A stretch of DNA of 63,123 nucleotides, the filler included, from Conidiobolus incongruus B7586 (taxonomy: Eukaryota): the NCBI GenBank assembly GCA_000697335.1. It is 14 parts of 14 records of this genome, joined end to end, with 100 filler letters (N's around TTAATTAATTAA, not from the genome) between each part and the next. Parts side by side here need not be neighbours in the genome. Positions count along the whole stretch, not along the records: positions 25,527 to 29,944 come from JNEM01000411.1; positions 30,045 to 34,336 come from JNEM01000412.1; positions 34,437 to 38,650 come from JNEM01000413.1; positions 38,751 to 43,381 come from JNEM01000414.1; 10 more parts are not named here. One strand, 5' to 3'. Below, in pieces: positions 26,236-40,994 of this stretch (the first letter of the stretch is position 1; each line of letters begins with the position of its first letter). Under the pieces are notes generated by a model. It ran no database searches and was not told the DNA's origin. It saw only the letters and a list, made by a program, of their open reading frames with translations. Both the position numbers and the translations under genes were made by a program.

Positions 26236-27886
26236 TTTGACCAAGTTCGGTAAATAAAATTAATAAATTAACTAGAAATAGATTAATGTTTAATAATGAT
26301 TTTACTGAGTCTTTAGAGTTGAACCGCGGTTGGGGAACCGAGCCTTAGTTGAGTGTCAAACTAACTTTTATAGTACTGGTGCCAGCTAATACAATTTATT
26401 GGAATCTATCAGCCCACAGGTATACCTATCTTCATTGCGTTCGCAGTTTGAGTTCCATTAAGGACATAGTTCCTAATCCACCTCGTCAGCCGGTTTTGGC
26501 CAATGATTCTCACTAGTCTTGAGTGCTCTAACGGGTTGCTAAGTCGATAGCTTTGATAATAATAATCCAATAACAGTAAGTTTAATTTTTTGATTTATAT
26601 TGTATCAAATTATATATCAAATTTTAATTGTGGCAAATTATATTGTTTTCTTTATTATCAAATGAAACTCATATATAAACATGATTATTTTGAGTTTGAA
26701 AATTTCTCATATATTGTTTGCCAGTCAATTAATGAAAATCATTTCACTTGATGGTATTAAAAATATTTTTAAATGATATTATCTAAGAATTTGATAAATA
26801 TATATGGTGAGTGTAACTTATATAAGATACATCAAAAAATGAAAGAAAATGAATTCAAAATATTATAAAACTAAAACATTTTGACTTAATTAAAACATGA
26901 TTGTGTTTGTCTGTTTCAATAACAAATTTATTTCAAATCAAATTTAATTGAATTTATTAATGATTTATATCCCTATTCAGAATTCTGAAATAGTTAAAAA
27001 TTCAGTCTTGAGATTATTTAGCTAAATTTTGGTAAATAAATAAAATTTAATAGCATATTAAAGTAGAGCTTTAAAATTAGCTTTTAATTGCTGTTGAATA
27101 AAAATATTTAAAATTCAATAAATTATCATTTATCAAATTAATTAATATTAAAATTAATTACAAAAATGTCACCTTTTCTTATTGATACAATTGGTTAATA
27201 ATTTTTATTAGAAACAATTTATTAAATATCAATTATGGTTAGATGAAATATTTTACATAAAACTTGTATTAAAATAAATAATTACTTGAAAGATATTTGT
27301 TATGATGAGTAACGTACTTAGTACTGAAATAAATTAACATTATTTCCATATGACCACCTTCAAAAATTTCAAACTATTACCAGATTGTGTACTAATTAAG
27401 GGTTTATTAGGTACTAAAAATCAATTATCAAAATATTATATCCAATGATTTTTCAAATGACTTTATAATATTTTCCATTACCCTATAATGTGGATTTGTT
27501 TAAACTTGAATCAAAATTGAAATTTTAAATAAATTATAACTCAAACTATCATTACAATTTAAGTAAAATTTTATTTTAAAAAAATTAATTATTGAGATAT
27601 TTCAGTTATTAGCCATATATTTTACTATTTTATAATAGAATTTAGATGAATAATAGTATTATAGTTTTATGGAAATTAATTGGCTCAATTAGTGAAAATA
27701 TATTCCAATTTTATCAGGTTTAATAATATATACCATTTTAATAGAAATATAGATAACAATCGCATTATAAAACTAATTCAAACAATGGTTTTATATAAGT
27801 TTACAATTTGTTAACATGTATTTATATTCCTTAGAACAAATAAATCAATATATCTTATCATAAGAAAAAGAATATCATTCTTAAAT

Positions 27887-28627
27887 ATGAACCTCTTTGA
27901 TATTGGTAATTTTTACGCTCTTTGTGCAATATTAACTATTGTCCTTATGTTGTCAGATATTCCTGTTTATATGGCAACAAGTTTTCCAGTATATAATCGA
28001 ACAATAACTTGTCTTTACGTATTGTGCAATATTTTCATTTTTTGCAATGCAGTTAGTTTAGCAATATTTGCTAATTCTCCAATTGATTTTGAAAAGTATT
28101 TCGTTATATTTGTTGGCACAATGTGGGTTTCATACACTCAAAGTTATTTAATGATTATTTATTTAACAACTAGGGAAGTGTTGGGTAAAATTAAATGTCT
28201 TTCTGTGATGAAATACGTTAGTATTACAATTGGTTGCTTTCAATTTGCTGAGTTCATTATATGGACATTATCCATCTGGGATCCCAACCAATTTGGCCTC
28301 TCAATGGATGTTTTTGATAAACTCTCAGTTACATTTATTTCATTTAGTGAAATCGCTTATAGTATCATTACAATTTATAATATGAGGTCAATGATTCCAG
28401 TGGAGTATCGTATTAAATTTGAAGTAATTATCTTGAAATTGGTTGCAATTATGTTGATGTTTTGCTGTCTTGATATTAGTATGATGGTATTAGAATATAC
28501 AGACCTTGGCGTTTACACTTATTGCATGAAACATGTATTTTTCTATATTAAGCTGAGATGTGAGTATATGTGCTTATTTAAACTGAAGCAAATTATCCTT
28601 GTTTGTATTCAGGAACAAGTCGGATAA
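27887..28627 (+). CDS. Intronless multi-pass membrane protein (246 aa, about 6-7 TM), possibly a divergent GPCR-like receptor
   Basis: Long ORF in very AT-rich DNA with alternating hydrophobic segments. No diagnostic motif recognised. Confidence 0.7.
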   Translation: MNLFDIGNFYALCAILTIVLMLSDIPVYMATSFPVYNRTITCLYVLCNIFIFCNAVSLAIFANSPIDFEKYFVIFVGTMWVSYTQSYLMIIYLTTREVLGKIKCLSVMKYVSITIGCFQFAEFIIWTLSIWDPNQFGLSMDVFDKLSVTFISFSEIAYSIITIYNMRSMIPVEYRIKFEVIILKLVAIMLMFCCLDISMMVLEYTDLGVYTYCMKHVFFYIKLRCEYMCLFKLKQIILVCIQEQVG

Positions 28628-31600
28628 AATTTTATTTTTATTCATTAACAAATTATTTCAATATTTATAATTTATTCATTATTAATTCGTTAAATAAACA
28701 TTTATAAAAATATACAAATATATTAAATATTATAGAAATAATCAATTTTAACAAAAATTTTTAATAACTTAAAAGTCTGGAAATTTTGATTTGATTTATA
28801 ATACAAGTTAATCAAAAACAAGACTGTACAGATACAAAGTAATAACCTTTGGAAAAACAGTATAAACTCCTCATTTAAAAGAGTTTTAATTTAAATTCAA
28901 TCTAATATATCAATAGTTAGTAGTTAAACTATTATACAAAATAATTAATTCTGAAATCCAAAATAGCAACTGTAATTGTTAAATTCATTAATTAAATATG
29001 TAAATGTTAAAACAATTATAGTAAAATACCATATTAAATCATTTGACAAACTATGCGACGAACACAGTGGATTCAATTGAAGTTTGAGTTAAAGCATCGA
29101 CTTGTGTATAACATTAAGAGACATGCAATCAAAAATATAAATATAATATTAAGATTTTAGAATAACAGGTATCGAATTTTTCCAGTAGAACGTTTTATTT
29201 TATTGAAAGTTTTTTACCTTAGGTACTTGATAAATTCAAAATATTACTAAACTACAAATCATATGATTTATATTAAAAGTAAAATATTATATAAGGGACT
29301 GAGAGTCATGATAAAATACCCAATTATAAGTAACAATCACTTTATATCATAATAAAGATTTAAATTTTCATATCGATTCATATTAAATTTTTACTTATAA
29401 TTATGATTTAATTGTAGTATAATCTAAATAATTCAAAGTTTATTATTGTTATTCTCTGGATATTAAATTTTTTAAAGTCTTAAAGATTCCAAATAAAATA
29501 TTAAGTGAAGAATGAAAAGATTAATGTAAGTTTATTAGTTTGAATTATTTTAGATTTGTAAAAATTATAAATAGTTGAAATTAACTTGATATTTTCATAT
29601 ATATGTTAATATATTTTATTATTGAAATTAGATAATAAAATTCAATATTTAAAATATTCAATATACTAATAACAATAATGATCAAGTTTAAATTAATAAA
29701 ACTTAAATAAAAATTTTAAAAAATAAAAAATATTAAAAATATAAACAAATATATTATTTAAATCCTAATTTATTTTTTAAACTTAATATTAAAAATAAAC
29801 TTACAAAAGATTAAAATTATTATTAAATTTAAATATTAAAGATATATTATCAATTTTATTTTTTTTAATGAGAAAATTAAATAGTATATAATAATAAAAT
29901 AAGTTAATTTTAAATATAATAAAAATATTAATAAAATAATATTANNNNNNNNNNNNNNNNNNNNNNNNNNNNNNNNNNNNNNNNNNNNTTAATTAATTAA
30001 NNNNNNNNNNNNNNNNNNNNNNNNNNNNNNNNNNNNNNNNNNNNATAATGAATAAAATGAAAATTAAAATTAGTTTTCTAGATTTTAACAGGTTTTAAAT
30101 AGTTTATCATTTAGCTTTAAAATAATCTATCTAGTAATAAATAGTTGATTTAAATAATATTTCATTATTAAAAGTTATTTATAAATTTTAAATAATTATA
30201 GTGGGTTTATGGTTAAGTTTTATAAATACCAAAATACAAGACTTTTGATGATCATTATTTAGTTTAAAATAATTATAATAAATATTAAATTTAAAAAATC
30301 AATTTTTAATTAAAAAACCAATATATATGTAAATAATTTAAAACTATTTCTTATATATTTATATTTTTTTTTATTTAAAATTAATAATATATTTGTAAAA
30401 TCAGAAATTCAAAAATTTTCCATTTTTTCAATTCCATGGTAAAATTATTATTTTGGATATATAGGTCTAATTGAATAAAATATCATTAAAATTCCCAAAT
30501 AATAATTATAATATTTATAAATATTAAAATAATTTAACAATTATCATTATAAATTTATAAATTCAAATTACAATATGAGATTAATAAAGTTCAGTTAATT
30601 TTCTGAGATTTTAAAATAATGACAAATTTTATTAATTTAATAATCAAGTATAAATGGGTGAGGACAATAATTATACAAAATAGGTTTAGTTGATAAACAG
30701 AATTAAGGCAAAAATTCAATTAAATTGTTTAATATACACTCTAATTAATAAATTATAGAATTTTTGAGTATATAGTTATTTAATATACTAGAATGATATT
30801 AAACAACAAAATTTAATACAATAGATTTGTTGATGATAGAAAGACAATATAAATGTGAGATTTACAGTTATAAATAAGATAGTATAAATTAATATGCTTA
30901 ATTTAGTAAAATTTGTAAATAAAAATATAATTAAATATGTGCGACATCAACAAACTAAAGTATTGATTACTCATATTGTAATTTAAATTTTACTATATAA
31001 TTATATTGAGTAAGTGTGAAGAAGTTTTTATAATTGCAAATATTAATAATTTATTAGTAATTATCAGAAATTAAATATTAATTCATAATAAAAACATTGT
31101 AACTGAAGCTATACTTTTTGAAAATAATAAAATTTAATAAATAATTAAAATGTATGTTTAACTGGTTAATACATATATCCTTTTTAAATATTTTCCAGAT
31201 ATTTATTTGAAAATAAGTTGGTATTTCTACAGTTTTTATTAATGAAAACATGGAAAATTTGACGTATAGGATTTTAACTCTTTATCTTATAACTATATCC
31301 TGAATTAATATAAATAATAATGTATTGAGTAAAAATATTAGATTTAAAATCAAGATATTGTTAATGAAATTGTTGGAATATTTATCCTTTCAATTTAGAA
31401 AAGGAAAACACCCTGTTTATAGATTATTCAAGGGTTGATCTCACAAATATTCAACAAGCCATAAATGAATTCCAAAAAAATAATTAAATAGCTCTGAAAT
31501 GAATGAAATTTCTTGAAGCAAATATTTTCGTTACCTTTTTATTTAAATAATTATCGGTTACCATATTAAGAATTGGTAAATCTTTCAAAAGATGGCTCAG

Positions 31601-32335
31601 GGAAAAGTAATGTGACTTTTCATTATTCATAATTGGATCTGATTATCAGAAAATTTGTAATTTTCAGCTAATATAGACTAGAAAATTATGATCAAGTTTT
31701 AGTGGTGGAATTTGGAGTTTAGCCGAAATTATATAATTTGATCTTACACTAAAATTAAAAATATTGTTTTTCAATTGACAAGCAATATCATTTTGAAATT
31801 ACCTAAATTTGAAATATATAATAAATTTAGGTATTGAAGTGAATCAAAAACAAATTTCATTAAAAAGCTTTTTAGTGATAGTGACCTTGGAATTTGGCAA
31901 TTAATACAGATAAAGTCAGTCTGCTGAATAGGGGTGAGTGAAAAATGGATTTGGTGTAACTTGGATCATGGTTTCAAAACCATGTCCTGAGTATGGTTGA
32001 AGGTCATAAATGTAACTATGGAGTGGACAAAATGTATAATGATTACTTCATCTCGTTCACTTAGTGAATTATTAAAGATAAAAAAGATATTTTATATTAA
32101 CTTTAATATTAGTATATGTATTATTTTGTTAATATGAATCATTTTACCAATCAGATGAGAGCAATGATATAATATTTAATAAAGATATCAATTATTGAAC
32201 CGGCTTGATTGAAATCTCAAAGTGAATTTGACTTGGTGGATCTTAATTCAAGTCCCGTGGGCAATTGATACAATTATCAAAATATTTAAGCAGAGTAATA
32301 CTTAATCATAGTTATTGCTTTTTGATGTTGGTATC

Positions 32336-33295
32336 ATGGAGGATCCTCATCAGAGGGAAAGATATTATAAACCTTATAATTTCGGTTATGGTCCGGGATT
32401 TACTGTAGGGGAAATCATAATATTTATAGTAAGCAGTGGCGGTTTGTTCTTAAATCTATTGGTACTTTATATATTACTTATTCGAATTAGAATTATGAGA
32501 ATCGATACTGTTTTATCAACCTTGATCACTGTATTAGATTTGGCATCAACTGCTTCTTTGATTATCCGTATCGTATACAAATGGTGCGTTTACCGATATG
32601 CTTATAGGCATCATAGTCCTACCTTTTGTAAAACAACCGGAACTATCTTCTTTGCTTCTACAATCAGCTCTTTTGATGTAGTGAGTGTATTGGGATTAAT
32701 TAGATGTTTAATTATTGTATTTGATATTAAATTCGATTCTTTATATTGGGCAATACTCTTAGGATTGATTTTATCTTATAACTGGATTGGAGCAAGTTGT
32801 TTAACCTGGAACTTTACAGAAATTTCTTGGGGAAGATTTTGCGAACCCCATATGAGTAAATCAGGGTTTGAAGAAAGTGATACATTTGGGCCAATTATTT
32901 CTGTAAAAGCTGTTATTATGGTTGCGATAGTTATTATAGCATATTCTTTGATCTTTAGATTTTATTATAAATATTACGATTCAATGAAAAGGTCATCTTC
33001 CAGTGATCAGTCTTTAATCAAAGAAATTTCTGCTCAAAAACACAATACATCTTTGAAGTTAATTGGTCTCATCTTTTCTTATATTCTAATATATTTACCA
33101 AAGATCTCCATATTTATCATGTATAACTTCAAAGTTTGGAGATACAAACCTGTTTTGGAACTTGTCACATCTGTACTCTTGTCAATGTCAAGCATCATTA
33201 ATGCGTCAGTTATTCTATTCATTCAAGAAGAAACAAAGCATGAATGGCAACTTATTATTACCATTCTATTCCATAGAGCGAAGAATTTATATTAA
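32336..33295 (+). CDS. Class A (rhodopsin-like) 7TM GPCR-like protein (about 319 aa)
   Basis: TM1 G..LN, TM2 LDL, Cys at the top of TM3 (FCK) plus ECL2 Cys (FCEP), IRC in place of DRY, TM4 Trp, TM6 YLP, TM7 SSIINAS. First ATG is at 32336. Confidence 0.8.
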   Translation: MEDPHQRERYYKPYNFGYGPGFTVGEIIIFIVSSGGLFLNLLVLYILLIRIRIMRIDTVLSTLITVLDLASTASLIIRIVYKWCVYRYAYRHHSPTFCKTTGTIFFASTISSFDVVSVLGLIRCLIIVFDIKFDSLYWAILLGLILSYNWIGASCLTWNFTEISWGRFCEPHMSKSGFEESDTFGPIISVKAVIMVAIVIIAYSLIFRFYYKYYDSMKRSSSSDQSLIKEISAQKHNTSLKLIGLIFSYILIYLPKISIFIMYNFKVWRYKPVLELVTSVLLSMSSIINASVILFIQEETKHEWQLIITILFHRAKNLY

Positions 33296-35515
33296 ATGTT
33301 TTATGTATGTATATTATTTCCATATTTCATTAACTAATTAATTTTAAATAATTTTTATTATGATACATATTTGTTAAACAAATATTGTTGGTTATTTTAA
33401 TAAAACCAATACTTTATAGTATATTTTGATAAATTATTATTACATGTAATAATTTTAATTTATAATAATTATATCTCATATCTATTAATATATATAAAAC
33501 ATATCAATTTATTTTAGTTGATGAGTTCTAAATGAGTAATTACAGTTAGGAATAATAAACGGAATATAAAAATTATTTTGAACAATGGTATTAGTTATTT
33601 GATTTATTCATTGATTTATATAGTATTATAAAAAAATAATATAAATATCAAAATATATTAAAAGATTAAATTTACTTGATTGCATTATATCTCATATAAA
33701 AGGAAAATTCATATGATATAATCCAAAACCTCCAAATATAAAATGATTGAAAACTATAAAGAATTTAATATATATATTAAAATTAACTATTATTTTTGAT
33801 ATATTGAAAAATAACGTTAAAATATTTCATATTGTTTTCCTTTTTATTTAAAAATATGGAAAATAGGATATCATATATAATATTGAATTTTTCGCAATCA
33901 AATCTTAAGTAAGAATATATTTAATTTTGATATAATCAAATATTAGATTGATATAAATAAAAATTTCAGAAAATATTAATAACTATTATTCAAAATTAAT
34001 GAATAATTTATAATTGATTTTTTTTCCAAATATAAGTTAAAAAATCAATGATAATATAAATAATTTTATAAATTTTAATTATGAATTTTTAAGTATATTA
34101 AAAGAATATAAAAACAATTAAAATATATTTTAATTATTATATTTAGGTTTATATTAATTCAATCAATTTATATTATTATTTGATTTATTCGAATAATTTA
34201 TAACTTCAACTATATATATATATATATATATATTTATTATTAATTTTAATCATCTATAACCAACTTCAAATTTAATCAATACAGATATATAATAGTCTTA
34301 TTGAATTTAAAATTTTATATTTTATTGATAATAAATNNNNNNNNNNNNNNNNNNNNNNNNNNNNNNNNNNNNNNNNNNNNTTAATTAATTAANNNNNNNN
34401 NNNNNNNNNNNNNNNNNNNNNNNNNNNNNNNNNNNNTAATTATTTTATTAATTAAAATAAGTCATAAATATATTAATGAATTATATTAAATAATATTAAT
34501 ATAAAATAGTATTGGTAAAAAGTATTCTTAATTTTAAGAAATAATATAGAAATATAGGTAATAAGAATTAAAAAAACTAATTTATTAAATAATTTAACAT
34601 TATTTATATTATTAATTTAGCTATAAAAATGTAAATAAACTATATAATCTATAGTTAATTGAATTATATAGAAATATATATAGAAATTCAGGGAACTAGT
34701 TTTATAACATATAATTTAAATAATTTTAATTAATATTTGTTTATTATTTATTATTTAAATTGATACAAAAAAATAATGATAAATTATATTTTAAAAAAAT
34801 ATTATAAAGGATAATTAATTAATTAATAAAAAAATAATTTAATTATTTTATAAACAATAAGGTTATTTAATATGAATAATTAGAAAACAATAACTTTATT
34901 CAGATTTCTTAATAATTTGATTATCAAAATTTGATAAAATTAATATATAAAATGCAAATCAAGTTTATGTTTCAAGATTTAAAATTAGCAATATATAAAA
35001 AATATAAATTATTTAAGATAATATCATATAATATTTTGGTTAAGAATAATTACTAAATATTTTATAAGAGTATAAATTTTAAACTCTAATATTTACTAAA
35101 TTTTATAATATCCATAATCTTTGTAGTTAGTATTATTTAAATTGATTTTAAATCAATAATTTACAATAATATATTAGGTTTAAATCTGATATATTAGATT
35201 ATACTATATTTCGAGTTGAATAATAATTAAAATACAATTAATATATTAATTAATTTCATTGAGATAAATGTAATCAGAAAAAAACTTGATAAAATATTAC
35301 AGTGTTATTTTTAAGTATAAGGAGAATAATAGTAATTCATTAATACCTAGTATTCAGAAATTTAATGATATTAATTATCGAATAAAAGTATATAACCAAC
35401 ACTGTTTAATTCAATACACAATGTTTAGATATCAAATGATCAATCAAAATTTTTATTTAACTAATATCAACATATGTATATTGTAGATTAATTTAAGTTT
35501 CAAGTAATTGAATAT

Positions 35516-36353
35516 CTACACTAGTATATAAGGAGGGTTGTCTCCCATTAGCTCATTATTCAGTGTGTTATTATATTGGACTTCATATGGTAAAAGAGAA
35601 TCGATTATTTTTAAAATTAGCATTCCAAAATTTTCTTCCAACTATTATTAAGTATGAATAAAAATTAATTTTGAATAAATTATTAAAATTACCAATGGAC
35701 AATGCAAATCTTGATTATATAAAATAATATTTCTCACTGGGATGGAAAATACACCATACCCTAAAAATATTTGACCATATACATGGACTTTTAAGATACT
35801 ACGGCCTCCTCCAAACATTCCGCATGCATCAAGAAATTTCATAACGCTTCTGAGACGAGGTTCGAGGAGATTTAATTTGAGTTGGCCAATTGCTACTATT
35901 TCCAAATCTTGTTTTGGCATAAGTATTCTAGTAGATACCTCCCCATATCCCATTTGATCATCAGGAATAAGAGAATCAAAAGATGCCTATATGTAAGTTA
36001 GATTATGATAAAAATTGAATAAGGAGTTATACCTTGAATTTTATATTAATCGGAACTGGAATAATATTATTATTTTCAAATCTGGCATTAATCAATGAAT
36101 TATAATAAACGGTAGGAAATTGAGTGATATCCAATGATCGCTGAATATTTGGTATCAATGCTGTTGATCTTATAACAAGATTGGGTGTCTCAAATAGATA
36201 CATTGAAACTATAGTTGATATCAATATAACAAAGAATATAATTTCTATTCCTATTGCTAACATTTGGCATGGTGTATATCGGCATTTGAATTTGATTTCT
36301 TTCTTAAGTTCTTGATTCCAACCATATAGCTTGCTCCTCTTAATAGTTAACAT
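35516..36353 (-). CDS. Single-TM LEA_2-like/Ig-fold membrane protein (246 aa); exons 36353-36033, 35986-35693, 35641-35516
   Basis: Two phase-0 GT-AG introns (46 and 51 nt) join the two track ORFs and a terminal exon in frame. TM segment followed by P.L, N.N..P and G.G motifs, plus a Cys pair (DACG, HCP). Confidence 0.65.
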
Positions 36354-39300
36354 TCTTTCTTAAAATATAATTAATAATTATAACATCATTCACAATTTAT
36401 ACTTCATTCGCCATTTATCAAACTAAAGCATTAGTTCCGGATTCAATTTCAAATAATTAATGATTGTTCTTTTATAATAAACGTTAATTATAGTTTCAAT
36501 TTTACTCAATATTACTTACAAATATGATATACATGATTTTTGAATTAAATATAATAATAATATATTAAGTATTAATTTATATTTTTTGTTTTGGATTTTA
36601 ATAATACTTGGGGTATATGATTGGGTCCTTTACTTAAAATGGGTTTTACGTAGTACCAACTGATTCTATATTTTAAAACAAATATAATTTGATTAAAAAT
36701 CAATGTTTAATAATTAATATTTTTTAAATTTCATGTTATTGAAGTGTTATATTAAAAAACACATATTTGTGATGCATAAATAAAGTTAAAGGATTTGACA
36801 ATTTCTTAATAAATAAATATTTTATGAATAAATAAAAAACACAAAATATATATATAATTAAAAAATAATTTAGCTCTGCTAATAAATAATAATATATAAC
36901 CAAATATACGTTAAACTATAACCTATTGAATATTATTAATCATTTTTTTCATTTTAATTAAAGTTTCTTTAACTTAGAATTACTTAGTAATTTAGGTATA
37001 AAATGAGTTTATGTTTTTATTTGGCTGTAACAATTAATTCATCGTTAAATACCAATCATTTCAATGTTTAAAATCTGAACATAATTAATTTATAAAAGTA
37101 AAATCAATTAAATCACTTTAAAATTTGATTTAAATTATAAGAAACATATATTGTCATTAATGCATCGGATTGGAACCATAAATATTAACACCATTATTTC
37201 TTAATTCAACTCCACAAACCCGAAAATTTCAATATTTATCAAAAGATTGAAATATTTTTAATCACGTGTTTTTTGCATAATAATTTATTATATATATAAT
37301 TAATCAATTATTGATATTTCATATTATAATTTATGTATTTAGTAAATATTTTTGAAAATAAGGTAAAAATATAATGCATTTTCTTCATCGCATAATTATC
37401 GCTATCATTAATTTGTTTATGTTATTACTAAATTTGTTTATAACAAAATATATCAATAAGTGTTCGAAATTTTGGTCAGATAAAAAATAGCCTATATTTT
37501 AACATTCATGTATATATAGGTTATTTCTAGTATCTTTCTGTAATTATTCATCTGTTTTAAAAACAATTTTTGTATTTTTATTTTGTTTTTGATATATTTA
37601 ATAAATGAATTGAATTTCTGGTTAAATTGATATAAGATTAAATTATGAAAAATTTTAATATATATATACTTATATCAAATATGATTTCACAAATTTTAAA
37701 AAATATCAATTGAACATTTTTAATTATTCTAATTATTTTAGTCAAGAGCAATAAATTTGTCTACAATTTAAGATTGCAATTTAATTTTGAAAGATAATTT
37801 CGGCATATTGAAAATAATATTGAATAATTTATCAAAAGTTGAAGATCAAAATAAAAGCATTTCAGATACTTTATTACTATATTTAACAATCAAATATATC
37901 TTCTCGACTAATTTTAATAATTAAATATTAATTTTATATTAGGTTATGACAAATTATTCTGAATATTGTTTTATATATATCATAATATATATTTTGACAT
38001 TTATATTGATAAATAATCCAACTATATGGTGAATCAATTGTTGCTTTGTTATTTATATTCAAAAAGCTATTAAATACAAATATAATATATATTGTTATTT
38101 CGATAAAAGTGTCATCTTATATTAACAGAGTTATATTCCTATATTGATATTATTATTCATTTCCAAAGTTAAGATAATATTAAATTACCTGAATATTAAT
38201 TTTATTACTTTATATGAGTATTAAAATAAAATTTAATAATGAAATGTGTACATTAACTTACAGGATTTAAAATCCTTTGAAAACTAAAATTACTTTGGTT
38301 ATTCAAATTGATATATAATTTTCAATTTTATATATAAATTAATAATATTATCTGGTATTTAATTTAGAGAAATAATATAAATAATTGTCATTAATGGAAA
38401 TATAGTAATATATTTATATAATTACAACTATTTAATTTAAACTTTCGATTAACATTAAATATATAGATTTTAATCTTTTATTAAAAATTAAAATTATAAT
38501 AACTTAAGAGCTTTTTATTAAAATATAAAGTAATATCACTGGTTAATTTTTAATAGATATTTATTTTTATTTAAATATTTTTGAGAATAAATATATAATT
38601 TTACTTTAGTCATCTATTTTATTATATTAGAATATAAAATATTATTTTAANNNNNNNNNNNNNNNNNNNNNNNNNNNNNNNNNNNNNNNNNNNNTTAATT
38701 AATTAANNNNNNNNNNNNNNNNNNNNNNNNNNNNNNNNNNNNNNNNNNNNATTTTAATTAATCTTTTTAATACTTTAAATATCTATTATTAGATATATAT
38801 TATTAAAAAATATAAAATTTTCTAATTAAATAAATTCAAAAAAGATATAAATATTCAATATATTCATTAAGTTATATATAATATAATTTTAATAATTTGA
38901 AAATTTAAGCAATTACTTTAAAAAATATTTTTAATCAATCTTATTAGTTGATAATATATTAAATTTTAGGCTTAAATAAAATGAATTATTTTTTAATTAT
39001 TCAAAATTAAATAAAAATATCATAAAAATCAATTAATAATAAAACATAATATTAATTAATATTATATATCTATTTTTATAAATTATATACTAAGATATTA
39101 TATTATTTGCAAACTTAAAAATGTTTTATTTTTTATAATTAATAAAATTTAATTAAATTTAAATACAATTTATTGGTCATATGTAATTAGGTCAATTAAT
39201 GAATTATTTTAAATGATTTGCTTAACTTGTTTATATTTTATGAATTAATTCGTGTATTTGAAGTATAAAAACTATAAATTATTCTATTTAATATATTATA

Positions 39301-40994
39301 AATCACTTATTCAAATTTTACATTTTGTTTTTAACTATATTTCCAATATTGGAAATTTAAAATTTGGAAATATTTTTTATGCAAGTGTTGCAATATAAAG
39401 TTTATTAAAGAAAAATAAATATTTAAATAATATATATTACATTTATATTTATATTATTATTAGTATTATATCGATGGTAAATGAATCAACTATTGAATAC
39501 AATCAATCTTAAAGAGATGATATATTATAATATTAATGATTTCAATCTAAATACTGCAAATACCTTGCATAAAATTCAATCATTATTAAATAATGAAAAC
39601 CTTTGTATGAAATAATAGCTTTTGCACTTTGACTGATATTGTAAGTTATTGATATAATTAGTAGTCTTTAAAAAATGATATCAATCCATATTAAAATAGA
39701 AGTATAGTAGTTCCTATAAACAAAATATTTAAAAAAACTTGATTTTATTGGTTTAAATTAAATTTCTATTATTTTTCAATTATATAGACTAAATATAAAC
39801 AATCCTTTGAAACTGTGCTTTTGAACCAATAATTGTTATATTTTACAAATAATTCCACTAGTAATATTGTTAATAATATCAATCATTGTTATTTTTACAT
39901 GGTATTAAAGAGTTAATTATATATGAAATTATAGCCCTGTTTTATTATATATGGTCAATAAATCAACTTTATTAATCTCAATTAATATATATAATTTTTA
40001 AATCAGTGTATTTTCAGTCAAAATATTATTTTTAAAATATATGCTTCACTTATGGTAAATGAGTGTAGATTTTAAATTTTTTTTATTGAAATATATTAAT
40101 ATATATAATTGATTCATCAATAATGATTATCAAAATTTATTATCTAATAAAGATGTTTATTTAGGAATTTAAATAAAATCTGATTATTTAAACTGAAACC
40201 ATGAATATTAAACAAATATCAATATCTTTTTGAAATATTTTTCAAAAAGGATAAGAGAAAACTTTTAAGTAGATTATACATTTTATAACATTTGTAATAC
40301 AAATTATAATATTAAATTTCGAATTTGAACCATATATAGTTTAATTATGGTTGATACGCTTCTTTATTGTTAACATCCGATTTCTATGATTATTTGTTTT
40401 GGTATCCAATATTAATCATTCAAAATATTAATTTATTGACTTACTTCATCTAATAATACTAATAGAATTGTTATAATTTTAATTACCAGTTGAGAATCTG
40501 CTCAGGGAGCGACTTATTATGAGAAATGAAATAATTTGTTATATGGATAAATTAATATTTAAAATTTCATAAAATTGGATGATCTGAAATAATATTAAAT
40601 ATAGTGTATCATTAATTAGTTTAGGAAACTATAAATATAAGAGAACTTTTGATATATTTGATCTGTATATTTGAAAGATGATATTATTAATGTGTTTGTT
40701 TTCATTGTATTAATTGATGGTTTTATGTCATTCCACTTAAGAGATTTGATGAATTGAAACTGGAATAATAATCCGCATAATTCTAACTGGTGAATTTAAT
40801 TTAATTAGGTCGCTCCAGAATTTGCCTGAATTATCATTTCAATTTGAATTTAGAAAAGTGGATAGAATTCGAGAATGATGTAATTTAGATTAATAATCCC
40901 TTTAAAAGTAATATAATTTAGTTTCTTTTTCAATAAATAATTGATATAATACAACTTGTAATATTGCTACTATTAAATAATCAAATAAATAAAT

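Noticed and set aside
31967..31984. Hairpin CATGGTTT-CA-AAACCATG upstream of the GPCR
   Set aside because: Single short inverted repeat with no supporting context.
17761..35486. Isolated short ORFs 17761-17952, 24336-24566 and 35286-35486
   Set aside because: Non-ATG starts, background composition and no motifs; at most pseudogene debris.
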